64,000 nt of DNA from an uncultured Gemmatimonadaceae bacterium (GTDB taxonomy: Bacteria > Gemmatimonadota > Gemmatimonadetes > Gemmatimonadales > Gemmatimonadaceae): contig CAWAGQ010000003.1 in NCBI GenBank assembly GCA_963781585.1, forward strand, positions 160,001 through 224,000, read 5' to 3'. The position numbers and the translations under genes are program-made. The number at the start of each line of letters is the position of its first letter. Position 1 is the first letter of the stretch. Below the pieces are notes generated by a model. That model made no database searches, was not told where the DNA came from, and saw only the letters and a list, made by a program, of their open reading frames with translations. Positions 48,014 through 57,991 of the stretch are shown here, piece after piece.

Positions 48014-50308
48014 TCAGGTGCGACGGTCGGACGACGGGACGGGTCCCACCCGCTCGGCGGCCTCGATGGCCTGCTCCAGTTCCTCGAGGCGCCGTTCCAG
48101 ATGCGCCATGCGCTGGCCCAACTGCTCCACCCGGGGTCCCAGTACGGAAGCTCGTTCCACCGCGCGAGGCGCAGCGGCGTCGGCCGGAGCCATCGGCAGC
48201 GCGACCGACCGGCGCGGCCAGAACGTCCTGAGCAGCGCAAACACGAACAGCGCCACCAGCACGACCTGCGCGAGCAGCGTCTCGACGGTCGCGAAGACCC
48301 CCATCTTCTCGGCCTGGGGCCAACCCGGCAGCACCGTCCAGGAGACGATGTTGGCCTCCTGCAGCTCGTGAATGCCCTTCCCCACGAACACGAACGCCAG
48401 GTAGTACAGGAGCGCGCTGGTCACCGCAAAGAACGGTCTCAGCGGGATCCGCACGCCGTACCGATAGAAGAGGGTGAAGACCACCACCAGCCCGGCCGCG
48501 CCGGCGAGCAGTCCGAGTGCGATTGCCAGGCCGTGACCACCGGCGTCCTGAAAGAGCGCCTGGTAGAAGAGGGCCGTCTCCGCGCCTTCACGATACACCG
48601 CCAGGAACGCCACGAATGCCAGCGTCTTCCCGCCGCCGCGTTCCAGCGCCGCGGTCACCTTGTCGCGGATGAACTGCTGCCAGCGGGCGGCTTCGACCTT
48701 GGAGATGAGCCAGTAGCTCACCGAGAACAACACGGCGACCGCCACCAGCATGGTGATGCCTTCGATGATCTCGCGGCTGGCGGGAATGGCGCTGAGGAGG
48801 GTCGCCAGCACCACCGCCGTGAGCAGACTCGCGCCCAGCCCGCCCAGCACGCCGGCCCAGATCGATTTCAGCCGCTCCCGATGCCCGGTCTTCAGCAGGA
48901 ATGCCACGATCGCGCCGATCACCAGGATGGCCTCGAAGCCTTCGCGAAGAATGATCAGCAGCGACTGGAGAAAGGCCCCCCACCGACCAGCGGTCGGCTC
49001 GTTGAGCGCGACGATGTCGGGCAGCCGCTCCTGGATGATGTTTCGCGACGCTTCTGCCTGACGCGGGTCATTGCCGTTGATCGCTCCACGGAAGTCCGCG
49101 AAGTGACTCTCGAGCGAGCCGACCAGCCCCGGATTGCGCGCGCGGGCCGGGGTCTCCAGCGGTTCGAACGCGATGTAGGCATCGAACGCGCGGTCACTGG
49201 CCTCGCCGCGCCGTCCCGCGCGCGCGGCTTCCAGCGCCTCGTCCAGTATCGCCAGGACTTTCCGGGCGGTCAGGGCCGGCTCGGACGATTGCGCGGCTGC
49301 CGGGGGAGCCTGCACGTCGTTGAGCGCCAGGGTCCGGATGTACGCGACAATCCGGCTGATGTCGGCCTCGCCGAGGTCGCGCGAGGGGGGCATTGCCGTT
49401 CCGGCGATGCCCCGCCGCACGACCTCGGCGATCTGACCGTCGCTGCGCTCGGCCTGCCAGGCGAACGAGGACAGTTCGATCGGGAGACGCGAGAGCGCCG
49501 CGCTCAGCGTGCCGTTCGACCCGCCGGCGGCGCCGTGGCACTCGGCGCACTGCCGGACGTACAGTCCCTGCCCTTCAGCCCGCGGCGCGGGGGCCCGCAG
49601 GGACACCGCGTACTCAACGACATCCCACCGTTGATCGGGCGTCAGATCGGGCGCGAAGCTCACCATCGCGGTGCCGGCAACCCCGACCGACACGATGCGG
49701 AACATCATCGCCGGCGTCACGTCGCGCATCGCCGACGCGCTGCCTAACGCGGGCGGTGGCGTGGACGTGGTGTGGGCCATCGGGCCGTCGCCCTGACCGT
49801 GCATGCCGTGGCAGCTCGCGCAACGCGCCTCGAAGGTCCGCTGCCCGGCCGCCAGATCCACCGGCCGCGAGGGGAGGTCGAGCGCCGCTTCGGCGCCCAG
49901 CGACTCCATGATCAGCCGCACGAACGGCGCCAGGGCCGCCGGCGGCACACGCCGCGCGGTCAGCGCCGACAGCGAGTCGAGACCCGCGCGCGCCGAGTCC
50001 GCCCTATTGCCGCTGAGTCGCCCGGCCGACTCCCTGGCATCCCTGAGAAACGCGATCGCTTCCCGGTACTCGGTCGCCGAGATCAGCCGGCCCGCGGAAT
50101 CGACGCCCTTGGCGTATTCCTCCACCGCCACCCCGGCGATGTAGGCGACACGCTTCGCCGGACGATCCTGCGCCGCCGCCACGCGCACCAGGACGAGGAA
50201 CATCGGCAACCCGCGCACCAGGGCCATTCCGGCGCGCGACTGCCTCCACCGGTGCATCCTTCCGGGTCCGGCCGTCGGCCGCTGAGCGGGTGCTGCGTTC
50301 CAGGGCAT
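48014..50308 (-). CDS. Cytochrome c-FTR1 iron/lead permease fusion (PbrT-like)
   Basis: Two heme motifs CASCH and CAECH; FTR1 motifs LREGFEA and YREGAET; start uncertain (50308, 50257 or 50227). Confidence 0.88.
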   Translation of the reverse strand: MPWNAAPAQRPTAGPGRMHRWRQSRAGMALVRGLPMFLVLVRVAAAQDRPAKRVAYIAGVAVEEYAKGVDSAGRLISATEYREAIAFLRDARESAGRLSGNRADSARAGLDSLSALTARRVPPAALAPFVRLIMESLGAEAALDLPSRPVDLAAGQRTFEARCASCHGMHGQGDGPMAHTTSTPPPALGSASAMRDVTPAMMFRIVSVGVAGTAMVSFAPDLTPDQRWDVVEYAVSLRAPAPRAEGQGLYVRQCAECHGAAGGSNGTLSAALSRLPIELSSFAWQAERSDGQIAEVVRRGIAGTAMPPSRDLGEADISRIVAYIRTLALNDVQAPPAAAQSSEPALTARKVLAILDEALEAARAGRRGEASDRAFDAYIAFEPLETPARARNPGLVGSLESHFADFRGAINGNDPRQAEASRNIIQERLPDIVALNEPTAGRWGAFLQSLLIILREGFEAILVIGAIVAFLLKTGHRERLKSIWAGVLGGLGASLLTAVVLATLLSAIPASREIIEGITMLVAVAVLFSVSYWLISKVEAARWQQFIRDKVTAALERGGGKTLAFVAFLAVYREGAETALFYQALFQDAGGHGLAIALGLLAGAAGLVVVFTLFYRYGVRIPLRPFFAVTSALLYYLAFVFVGKGIHELQEANIVSWTVLPGWPQAEKMGVFATVETLLAQVVLVALFVFALLRTFWPRRSVALPMAPADAAAPRAVERASVLGPRVEQLGQRMAHLERRLEELEQAIEAAERVGPVPSSDRRT

Positions 50309-50421
50309 CGCCCGCCAATCTAGCGCGCGTCCGACACCCTCGGCCAAGGCCTGCACCCGGCACGCTTCGCCGGTGTCGCAGGCCAACAACGCCCGGGAGC
50401 CCGGCGGGCCCGGCGTTTCCG

Positions 50422-50805
50422 TCATCTGATTTCCAGCACCACCACCGCGGCCGCGACCGCGTCAGCATGGGTCAGCGACACCCAGATCCGCGCGACACCC
50501 ATCTCCCGCGCACGGCTCGCGGCCCGGGCATGACAGCGAATGGATGGCCGGCCAGCCTCGTCGACCTGAACTTCGATCTCGCGCCACCCGATCGCCCGCG
50601 CCGCGTCGCTGCCGCTCAGCGCCTTGAACGCGGCTTCCTTGGCGGCGATCCGGACGGCGTAGTGTCGTTCGGGAACGGCTCTGCCGTCGCAGTACTGCCG
50701 CTCGGACTCGGTGAACAGGCGTTCGAGTCCGCGCCCGCCGTGTCGGGCGATCAGGGCGCGCACGCGCCCGATGTCCACCGCGTCGATCCCCACGCCGCCG
50801 ATCAC
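50422..50805 (-). CDS. acpS: Holo-[acyl-carrier-protein] synthase
   Basis: GVGIDAVD, FTESE, AAKEAAFKAL, VSLTH. Confidence 0.93.
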   Translation of the reverse strand: MIGGVGIDAVDIGRVRALIARHGGRGLERLFTESERQYCDGRAVPERHYAVRIAAKEAAFKALSGSDAARAIGWREIEVQVDEAGRPSIRCHARAASRAREMGVARIWVSLTHADAVAAAVVVLEIR

Positions 50806-51611
50806 CGGTGACCCCCCAGCAGCAGCGCGCCTGACGAGACGAGGAGCGCCAGGCCGGCGCTCCGCCGCCACCACCGTCCGCGGGTGCCCGTGCCACGGAC
50901 CGGCGGCAGGAGATCCACCGCCGCGCTCCAACTCCGGTCGGCGGCGACAAACACCGCCGTCACGTGGGCAACCCAGGCGCGCCACGCCACGAATCCCTGC
51001 TCGTCAGGCGCCGACCGGGCACGAGCGGTTGTTGCCTCGAGTGCACGCAACCGCGTGAACACTGCCGCAGCCGCGTCCGTGAGTTGGGCCTCGAGGGCGC
51101 GACGGTCGGGTGCGCGGTCCGGACATCGCTCGGCAGCGAGCGCCGCGATGACCTGCGACAGACGCTCGGACAGCGCCGGGGCCTGGAAGGCGTCGAGGCG
51201 GCGGTCGAAGTCCGTCTCCTCTTCCAGTCGGCGCCGGGCCTGCAACAGCGGTGCGAAGAACCGCGACTGGGCGTCGCGATCCCCGCCCCTTCGCGAGCCC
51301 AGGACCCGAAGCCCACGCGTGAACTCGGGCAACGGACAGGCACGCGCCACGATCGCCACCCAGGCGCGATCGAGCGCCTGCACTCCCTCGAGTTCCACGG
51401 TGCCATCTAGCCCGTGCAGTGTCAGGACGCCCTTGCGCCACACCGCCCCCGACAGCGCCGGGTACTCCTCGCGCGCCGTCGCGCCACCGTCGGTTACGAC
51501 TTCGATCGTCCGATCGCGGAGGCGCAGCACGCCCCGGCCCGAGAGGGCCGCGTCGCGCCAGGTGCCGCTCACGCGCCGCAGCGCGAACTCGCTCCCGGCG
51601 TCAGGCATCAT
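50802..51611 (-). CDS. Hypothetical protein
   Basis: Open frame overlapping both the CYTH gene and acpS (GTGA); no recognised motif. Confidence 0.6.
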   Translation of the reverse strand: MMPDAGSEFALRRVSGTWRDAALSGRGVLRLRDRTIEVVTDGGATAREEYPALSGAVWRKGVLTLHGLDGTVELEGVQALDRAWVAIVARACPLPEFTRGLRVLGSRRGGDRDAQSRFFAPLLQARRRLEEETDFDRRLDAFQAPALSERLSQVIAALAAERCPDRAPDRRALEAQLTDAAAAVFTRLRALEATTARARSAPDEQGFVAWRAWVAHVTAVFVAADRSWSAAVDLLPPVRGTGTRGRWWRRSAGLALLVSSGALLLGGHR

Positions 51612-52194
51612 CCCGAGAGTAGCGATACTCGCCGCGCGCCTCACGATCGCTGACGGCGGCACGCTGGCCGGTGCGGGACTCATACCGCGCGACGAATGCC
51701 GCGAGACGATCCGCGGTGAAGTGCGATCGTGGAATGCCGAGGACGGCAATGGCGCGTTCGATCGCATCGGGCTCACCTTCGACCTCGACCAGCGCGTCCA
51801 TCCGCGGGAACCGCTCGAAGCGCACGGTCACGCCGTCGAGCGCGAAGACCCGGATATCGCGATCGATCTCCCGCGACACCACCAGCCCCAGTCCCTCGAG
51901 AATGGCGGTCATGGCCGCCGCATCGGCCACCGCCACGCTTGTCTCATCGCGACGCTTGAATCCGCCTTCGTAGCTGGCCGGCCCCTTCCAGTCGAGAGCG
52001 GCGGCGGTGGATCCATCGCATCGCGTTACCCGGACGCGCAGTACCAGATCCCGGCGCAGCAGCGCGCGGTCCGGAGTGTCGAAGCGGCGATCCTCGAGTC
52101 GCCCCGCGAGGATCGGAGTCGCCCCGGCACGCAGCAGCCGCTCCGTGCACGGCGCCTCGTCAGGCACCACGCTCTTGAGCTCGATCTCACGCAT
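51601..52194 (-). CDS. CYTH domain protein (class IV adenylate cyclase-like)
   Basis: N-terminal EIELK motif, FDT, LRVR, WKGP, VEVE. Confidence 0.88.
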   Translation of the reverse strand: MREIELKSVVPDEAPCTERLLRAGATPILAGRLEDRRFDTPDRALLRRDLVLRVRVTRCDGSTAAALDWKGPASYEGGFKRRDETSVAVADAAAMTAILEGLGLVVSREIDRDIRVFALDGVTVRFERFPRMDALVEVEGEPDAIERAIAVLGIPRSHFTADRLAAFVARYESRTGQRAAVSDREARGEYRYSRDDA

Positions 52195-52897
52195 CGAAGA
52201 TCGCTCGCGTCACGGCCGCGGTGTCGCGGAGATCGGGGAACACCGCCCACGGCCGGTGGATCGCCAGTTCCTCCACGCGGTAGCGGCCGGTGGCCACCGC
52301 GATTGCGCGCGCACCCAACCCCCGTCCGCAGGCGATATCGGCGGGCGTGTCGCCGATGATCACCAGCGAAGCGCCGGGCAGGTCGAGCCCGAGGAGTTCG
52401 CGCGCGCGGCGTTGCGCGACCGCCGGCAATTCCTCGCGTACTTCGTGATCCGATCCGTACGCGCAGATCGTGAAACCAGCCGCGTCGACGCCCACCGCGG
52501 CGAGCTTTCGCGCCGCACCGTGCTCCAGGTTGCCGGTGAGGAGCCCCAGGACGCAGTCGCCGCGCCCGCGGAGCGCGGCGAGCAGGTCGGCGACACCATC
52601 GAGCAGACGTACCGTCGTGTGCGGTGCGGTCAGTTCGCGATCCAGGTACGACAGGTATTCCGCGATCACGCGCGGCATGGCGCGATTGATCGCGTCGTCG
52701 TCATGTCCCTCGTCCCTCATCAACTCGCGCACGATCTGCGGATCCGTCTTGCCGTCGAAGCGATAGGCGCGATTTCCCGACGAGCCGAAGACGGCGAGCA
52801 GTGCGGCGTCCATGGCGCGCCGCCCTGCCCCGTCGCTCCAGAGCAGCGTGCCGTCGATGTCGAACAGAACGAGCCTCGGATGCGTTCGAGGAGTCAT
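52187..52897 (-). CDS. HAD-family hydrolase
   Basis: LFDIDGTL, LLTGN, IGDTPADI. Confidence 0.9.
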   Translation of the reverse strand: MTPRTHPRLVLFDIDGTLLWSDGAGRRAMDAALLAVFGSSGNRAYRFDGKTDPQIVRELMRDEGHDDDAINRAMPRVIAEYLSYLDRELTAPHTTVRLLDGVADLLAALRGRGDCVLGLLTGNLEHGAARKLAAVGVDAAGFTICAYGSDHEVREELPAVAQRRARELLGLDLPGASLVIIGDTPADIACGRGLGARAIAVATGRYRVEELAIHRPWAVFPDLRDTAAVTRAIFDA

Positions 52898-53838
52898 GGC
52901 GCTTCCGGCTCGTGGGTCGACGTGCGCGCCAGCAGAAGGCCACTGGTGATGAAGGCGGCGCCGGCGAGCTGCCAGCGCGACGGCAGTTCGCGGAGGAACG
53001 CCCACGCCACCGCCATGGCCAGGATCGGCTGGAGGTTGCTGTACATCGATGTGCGCGTGGGTCCGATGATCCGCACGCCGCGATACCAGAACAGATAGGC
53101 GAGCACCAGCGCTCCGGCGCTGGAATACAGCAGCGCGCCATACACTCCCCGCGGCAGGACGCGCCACGGCGTGGACGCCATCGCCGGTACCGCCGCGACG
53201 ACGCTCAACATGGCTCCCCCCAGCATCGTGTATCCCCCGATCTGCAGCCCCGCGATGCGCTCCGAGAACGGCTTCACGAGAATCGAGTAGTACGCCCAGG
53301 CTACCGCACCTCCCAGCACCAGAAGACCGCCGAAGAGGCTGTCGGTCCCCGCCGTGCTTCCCGCCGTTCCCGCAACCACGAACAGCACGCCCATGAGCTG
53401 GAGCGCGATGCCGCTCCACGCGCGCGCCCGCAGGCGTTCCTTGCCCAGCAGCCGTCCGAGGATGGCGACCAGCGCTGGTCCCGATGCGAGGATCAGTGCG
53501 GTGGTCGCCACTCGGGTCCGGGAGACGCCGATGATGAACAGGAGTTGATAGACGCCGTTGCCGAGCGTCCCCAGCAGAATCAGCGTCCAGGCGTCGCGAC
53601 GGGTGATCGGCTTGAGTCGCATGGCTCGCGCGATCAGCAGCTGCAGGGCGGCTGCCACCGAGATGCGGACGCCGTTGAAGGCGAGCGGGGCGACCAGTTG
53701 CGTGCCGTATTTCAGCACGGAAAAGTTCACGGCCCAGATGAGGGCCATGAGCAGCAACAGGGCATCGGTGTGCCACGGGTGAACGCGCGTGCCCGCCGCG
53801 GGTCCCGGCAATGGCGCGCTCTGCGCCGTGGTGGCCAT
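52894..53838 (-). CDS. DMT/EamA family transporter
   Basis: About 10 TM; IWAVNFSVLK, LGKE, GPTRTS. Confidence 0.9.
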   Translation of the reverse strand: MATTAQSAPLPGPAAGTRVHPWHTDALLLLMALIWAVNFSVLKYGTQLVAPLAFNGVRISVAAALQLLIARAMRLKPITRRDAWTLILLGTLGNGVYQLLFIIGVSRTRVATTALILASGPALVAILGRLLGKERLRARAWSGIALQLMGVLFVVAGTAGSTAGTDSLFGGLLVLGGAVAWAYYSILVKPFSERIAGLQIGGYTMLGGAMLSVVAAVPAMASTPWRVLPRGVYGALLYSSAGALVLAYLFWYRGVRIIGPTRTSMYSNLQPILAMAVAWAFLRELPSRWQLAGAAFITSGLLLARTSTHEPEAP

Positions 53839-54011
53839 GCTGGAAGTTAGGCGTCCGACAAATTCGACGGCAGCGTCGACCGCGGTTTCTGCCGGCGCCC
53901 GAGCCAGCTGCTTCCCGGTCCTTGCGCAGGCCGCCGACTCACGCAGTCGAGCGCGCGTGCGATCGGACCGGAGCAATCGCCGAGCCCCGCGGCCGGCGCT
54001 ACCTTGCAGCC

Positions 54012-54434
54012 ATGCATGTCTCTTTTGCGCTGTTCGCCGACGCGGCCAATCTCTCTCAGGAAGGGAAGCTGAACGTGCTCGGCGTCTTCGACGCGGTGCA
54101 GGTGGGCACGCTGCCCGCGGTGCACCCGCGCGCCAACCTGGTGGTGCGGCTCAAGGGCTCCCGGCTCGACATTGGCAAGCACTCGGTGACGCTGAAGTGG
54201 ATCAATCCATCCGGGGTCGAGCTCTGGAACTCGATCGGCGAAATCGAGGTGGCCACGCCGCCTCCCACCGTCTCCGAAATGGACTTTCCGCTCATTGCGT
54301 CGATCGACCTTCCACTCGACCAGTCCGGCGCCTACGTGATGCAGATCGTCCTCGACAACCAGCCGCGTGCCGACGTGCAGCTCCAGGTCCGCACCAACGC
54401 CCAGATGATGCCGGCGAGTCCGCTGGTGAGCTGA
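54012..54434 (+). CDS. Conserved hypothetical beta-sandwich protein (DUF6941-like)
   Basis: FADAAN...GKLNVLGVFD pattern. Confidence 0.65.
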   Translation: MHVSFALFADAANLSQEGKLNVLGVFDAVQVGTLPAVHPRANLVVRLKGSRLDIGKHSVTLKWINPSGVELWNSIGEIEVATPPPTVSEMDFPLIASIDLPLDQSGAYVMQIVLDNQPRADVQLQVRTNAQMMPASPLVS

Positions 54435-54448
54435 CCGCCGCCTAACGA

Positions 54449-54472
54449 CCCGCCGGGAGCAATCCCGGCGGG
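54449..54472. terminator. GC-rich hairpin between convergent genes (probable bidirectional terminator)
   Basis: Perfect 10-bp stem CCCGCCGGGA/TCCCGGCGGG with a GCAA loop; no U-tract. Confidence 0.55.
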
Positions 54473-54509
54473 CCGTGGCTCAGGTGGTTGGTGCGGGGCC
54501 CCCCGATGC

Positions 54510-57500
54510 TCAGCGCTTCTTCGGGTTCCGGACCTCCTCCCGCTGGCCGAACGGCGAGCCACTGTCGTCGCCGCCGCTCGCGCGCTCAACCCGCAACAGC
54601 TGCCTGTAGGTGTTGCCGCCGGCCTTGAGCGTGACCAGGTAGTCGCCAGTGTTCACCGCCGACGCTCCTCCGCCACCGAAGCCGCCACCACGTCCCCCAC
54701 CACCGCCACCGGTGAACGCGGCCAACACCGCGCCGAGTGGGTTGCCGCGACCTCCGAAGCCGCCGCCGCCTCTGCCGCTCGGCACCCCACCGGGACTGAG
54801 CAGCTGCGCGAGTGCTTCGGCGCCACCCGGGAAGTCGGCGTATGGATCGGCGGCACCGGCGCCACCGCGCCCTCCGCCCCCGCCGCGCGCACCCGCCGGT
54901 CCGCCCTCAGCCGGACGCGGATTCCACACGCCGGGTTGCCCCCCGCCTCCCCGCCCTCCGCCCCCACCACCACCGCGCCCTCGTCCGAAGGCCGCGAACG
55001 CACCGGCACCGCCCGTCAACGTCTGCCTCATCCGATCCAGAGATGCCTTCGGGACGGAGCCGGCCTTTTCCACCGAGTCGAACACGACGTCGATGCGGCG
55101 CGCGAGATTCGCGCTGTCACGCCGCTGCGATGGAGATAGCTCCGGCCGCGGCGGCGGCGGTCCGCGGAAATCCCACGTCACGCGATGCAACCCCGGGTTC
55201 GCCGGTCCGTTGAGCGTGGTCACCGTGTCCCCCTTCGCGTCGGTGATTACGAGCTCCACCTGCGGCCCGCCACCGCGGCCACCGCGACCACCCGCCGGCG
55301 CTGCCGCCGGACCAGCGGCGGCCGCCATCCCACCCGTAATGCGATACACGATCTCGGCACCGTACTGCGGGCTCGACACCGACCAGAAACTCTGCGCCGT
55401 GCCGTTACCCGACTCGCCCATCGCCACGCCTTGCCCGTACTCGTAGGCGGTGCCGGGCGAGAACAGGTGAACGTTCTCGGCGATGACCTTGGCGTTGTCG
55501 GGGCCGGCCATCTGCTCGAGCGGAGCAATATCCACGATCCAGAAGCTGCGTCCGTGCGTGGCCGCGATCAGTTCGCGGTCGCGCGGATGAATCTGCAGGT
55601 CGTACACCGGCACCGTGGGCATACCAGGCATGAAGCGCTGCCACGCCTTTCCGCGGTTCAGCGACACGTACACGGCACGCGACGTACCCAGGAACAGCAG
55701 GTCGCGGTTGTGTTGATCCTCGCGAATCACGTGCACGTAGTCGGCCGGGCTCTCGGTCGGCAGATCGTTCCGGATCGACGTGAACGTCTTGCCGCCGTCG
55801 GTGGTCACGTAGACGTACGGCGTGAAGTCGTTGTTGCGATGGTTCTCGAACGAGATGTAGAACGTGAGCGAGTCGAAGTGCGAGGGTTCGATGCGGCTCA
55901 CGTAGATATCTCCGGCCGCGAGTCCGGCGAACCGGCTCACCGGAATCTGATCCCACGTGGTTCCGTCGCTCTTCGTTACCCATACGTTGCCGTCGTCGGT
56001 GCCGGCGTAGAGGTACCCGGCGCGCACCGGCGATTCCGCCAGCGACACTACCGTGCCGTAGGTCTCGGCCCCGGTGGCGTCACGCGTGATGCCGCCCGTG
56101 TAGACCATGCTCGTGTCGATCTTCCCCATCTGCTTCTTGGAGAGGTCGGGGGAGATCGAAAACAGGTTGTCGCCGCGCTGGGTCGACTTGAGCACGTGGT
56201 TGCCGCCGATGTAGAACACGTCGGGATTGTGCGGCGACAGGAAGTACGGCGTCTCCCAGTTGAAGCGCATCTCGCCTTCCACCGAGTCGGCTTTCTGCCG
56301 TGACCGAAGCTCGGTGATGTGCGCCTGCTGTTCCCTGGTCACCGGGCGCGTGGTGTCGCCGCGCACGAAGTACAGCGAGTCCTCGAACATCAGGTACTCC
56401 GGACGCCAGTTCGGCTTCACCAGCCCTGAACGCTCGCCGGTGCGGAGGTTGAGTCGCGACACGTTGCCGCCCTGCGACTCGCCCCACACGATCCACGGCT
56501 CGCTGGGATGCTGGGCCGTGTAGAAGCCGTCGCCTCCGGAAATGGTGAACCAGTAGTTGTTGGTGATCGGACCGTTCTTGCGACGGCTCGGCCCGCACCA
56601 GGCACCGTTGTCCTGTGCCCCGCCGCAGATGTTGTACGGAATCTCGTAGTCGTAGCTCACGTCGTAGAACTGGCCGATCGGAATGTTCATCGGATACCAG
56701 AAGTTCCCGCCGCCGTCGAACGTGATGGCGATCCCGCCATCGTTGCCGATGATGAAGTGGTCGGGATCACCCGGGTCGATCCAGAAGGCGTGGGTGTCGA
56801 CGTGCACGTCCTGCGCGGCCGTGCGGGCCGTCTTGCCACCGTCATAGGAGAACAGCACCGGCGTGGACGAGAACCAGACGTGCTCGGAGTTCCGCGGATC
56901 GACCCGCACCTGCGAGTAATAGAAGGGACGGGTGTCGGCGTCGTTCATCTTCTCCCACGTCTTCCCGCCGTCGGTAGTGCGATAGAGGCCGGTCTTGAGC
57001 TGCTGCCGCTCCTGCCCGGCCTTCGGCTTGGGGTTGGGGAGCGAATCGGCTTCAACCTCGGCGTACACGATGTCGGTGTTGCCGGGGAAGATGGAGAAGC
57101 TGATGCGTCCCTTCTGCGTCTCGGGGAATCCGCCGCCCTTGATCTCGGTCCAGCTGGCGCCGCCGTCAGTGGACTTGAAGAGCGCCGAACCCGGCCCTCC
57201 GCTGGTGAGGAAGTATGGTCCACGCACCCGCTGCCAGGCCGAGGCCCAGACCACGTTGGGGTTCCTGGGGTCGAGGCCCACGTCGATGAAACCCGCCTTG
57301 TCACTCACGAACTTGATCTGCTTCCAGGTCTGGCCGCCGTCTTCGGTCTTGTAGAGGCCCCGTTCCGGATTCGCCTTCCACGCCGCGCCTAACGCGGCGA
57401 CGTAGACGATGTTGGGATTGGTGGGATGCACCACGATGCGGCCGATGTGCTGGGTCTTCTCGAGCCCCATCAGCTTCCAGGTGATGCCGCCGTCGGTGGA

Positions 57501-57878
57501 CTTGTAGATGCCGGCGCCCGGCTCGATGGTGTTGCGCGAATTCTGCTCCCCGGTTCCGGCCCACACCTGCATCGTGTCGCTGGGGGCGATCGCCAGCGCG
57601 CCCATCGCTACCACGGGTTCGTTCTCGAAAACCGGGCGGAAGGTCACACCGCCGTTCATGGTCTTCCAGATGCCCCCGCCAGCGGCGGCCACGAAGAACG
57701 TCTTGGACGGGAATGGAATGCCGGCGACGTCGGCCACGCGCCCCATGAACACGGCGGGCCCGACGGTTCGCCATCGAAAACCGGCAAGCGTGACGGAGTC
57801 GAGGGTTTGCGCACTGAGCGCAGTCGACGTGGCCACGCCAGCGGCGGCCACGAATCGAATGAGAGTGGTTGGTCGCAT
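54510..57878 (-). CDS. Exported VPS10/BNR (Asp-box) beta-propeller protein with a Gly/Arg-rich C-terminal region
   Basis: Signal peptide; many S/TxDGGxTW Asp-boxes; ATHGRS; GGRGG tracts. Confidence 0.88.
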   Translation of the reverse strand: MRPTTLIRFVAAAGVATSTALSAQTLDSVTLAGFRWRTVGPAVFMGRVADVAGIPFPSKTFFVAAAGGGIWKTMNGGVTFRPVFENEPVVAMGALAIAPSDTMQVWAGTGEQNSRNTIEPGAGIYKSTDGGITWKLMGLEKTQHIGRIVVHPTNPNIVYVAALGAAWKANPERGLYKTEDGGQTWKQIKFVSDKAGFIDVGLDPRNPNVVWASAWQRVRGPYFLTSGGPGSALFKSTDGGASWTEIKGGGFPETQKGRISFSIFPGNTDIVYAEVEADSLPNPKPKAGQERQQLKTGLYRTTDGGKTWEKMNDADTRPFYYSQVRVDPRNSEHVWFSSTPVLFSYDGGKTARTAAQDVHVDTHAFWIDPGDPDHFIIGNDGGIAITFDGGGNFWYPMNIPIGQFYDVSYDYEIPYNICGGAQDNGAWCGPSRRKNGPITNNYWFTISGGDGFYTAQHPSEPWIVWGESQGGNVSRLNLRTGERSGLVKPNWRPEYLMFEDSLYFVRGDTTRPVTREQQAHITELRSRQKADSVEGEMRFNWETPYFLSPHNPDVFYIGGNHVLKSTQRGDNLFSISPDLSKKQMGKIDTSMVYTGGITRDATGAETYGTVVSLAESPVRAGYLYAGTDDGNVWVTKSDGTTWDQIPVSRFAGLAAGDIYVSRIEPSHFDSLTFYISFENHRNNDFTPYVYVTTDGGKTFTSIRNDLPTESPADYVHVIREDQHNRDLLFLGTSRAVYVSLNRGKAWQRFMPGMPTVPVYDLQIHPRDRELIAATHGRSFWIVDIAPLEQMAGPDNAKVIAENVHLFSPGTAYEYGQGVAMGESGNGTAQSFWSVSSPQYGAEIVYRITGGMAAAAGPAAAPAGGRGGRGGGPQVELVITDAKGDTVTTLNGPANPGLHRVTWDFRGPPPPRPELSPSQRRDSANLARRIDVVFDSVEKAGSVPKASLDRMRQTLTGGAGAFAAFGRGRGGGGGGGRGGGGQPGVWNPRPAEGGPAGARGGGGGRGGAGAADPYADFPGGAEALAQLLSPGGVPSGRGGGGFGGRGNPLGAVLAAFTGGGGGGRGGGFGGGGASAVNTGDYLVTLKAGGNTYRQLLRVERASGGDDSGSPFGQREEVRNPKKR

Positions 57879-57991
57879 AAGGCCCGAGCAGCGTGCGAAG
57901 AGGCAGGTGCCCGCTCAGCGCGTGCGGCGCCGGCGGAGGGAAAGGGGCAGCGGCGGCCGGACATCCGTGTTTCCGGTCCGGAAATGCGCCC

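Noticed and set aside
48040..48140. FTR1 tail RRLEELEQAIEA as a fifth copy of the paralog motif
   Set aside because: Only generic coiled-coil similarity; lacks the diagnostic EVERISExQRF
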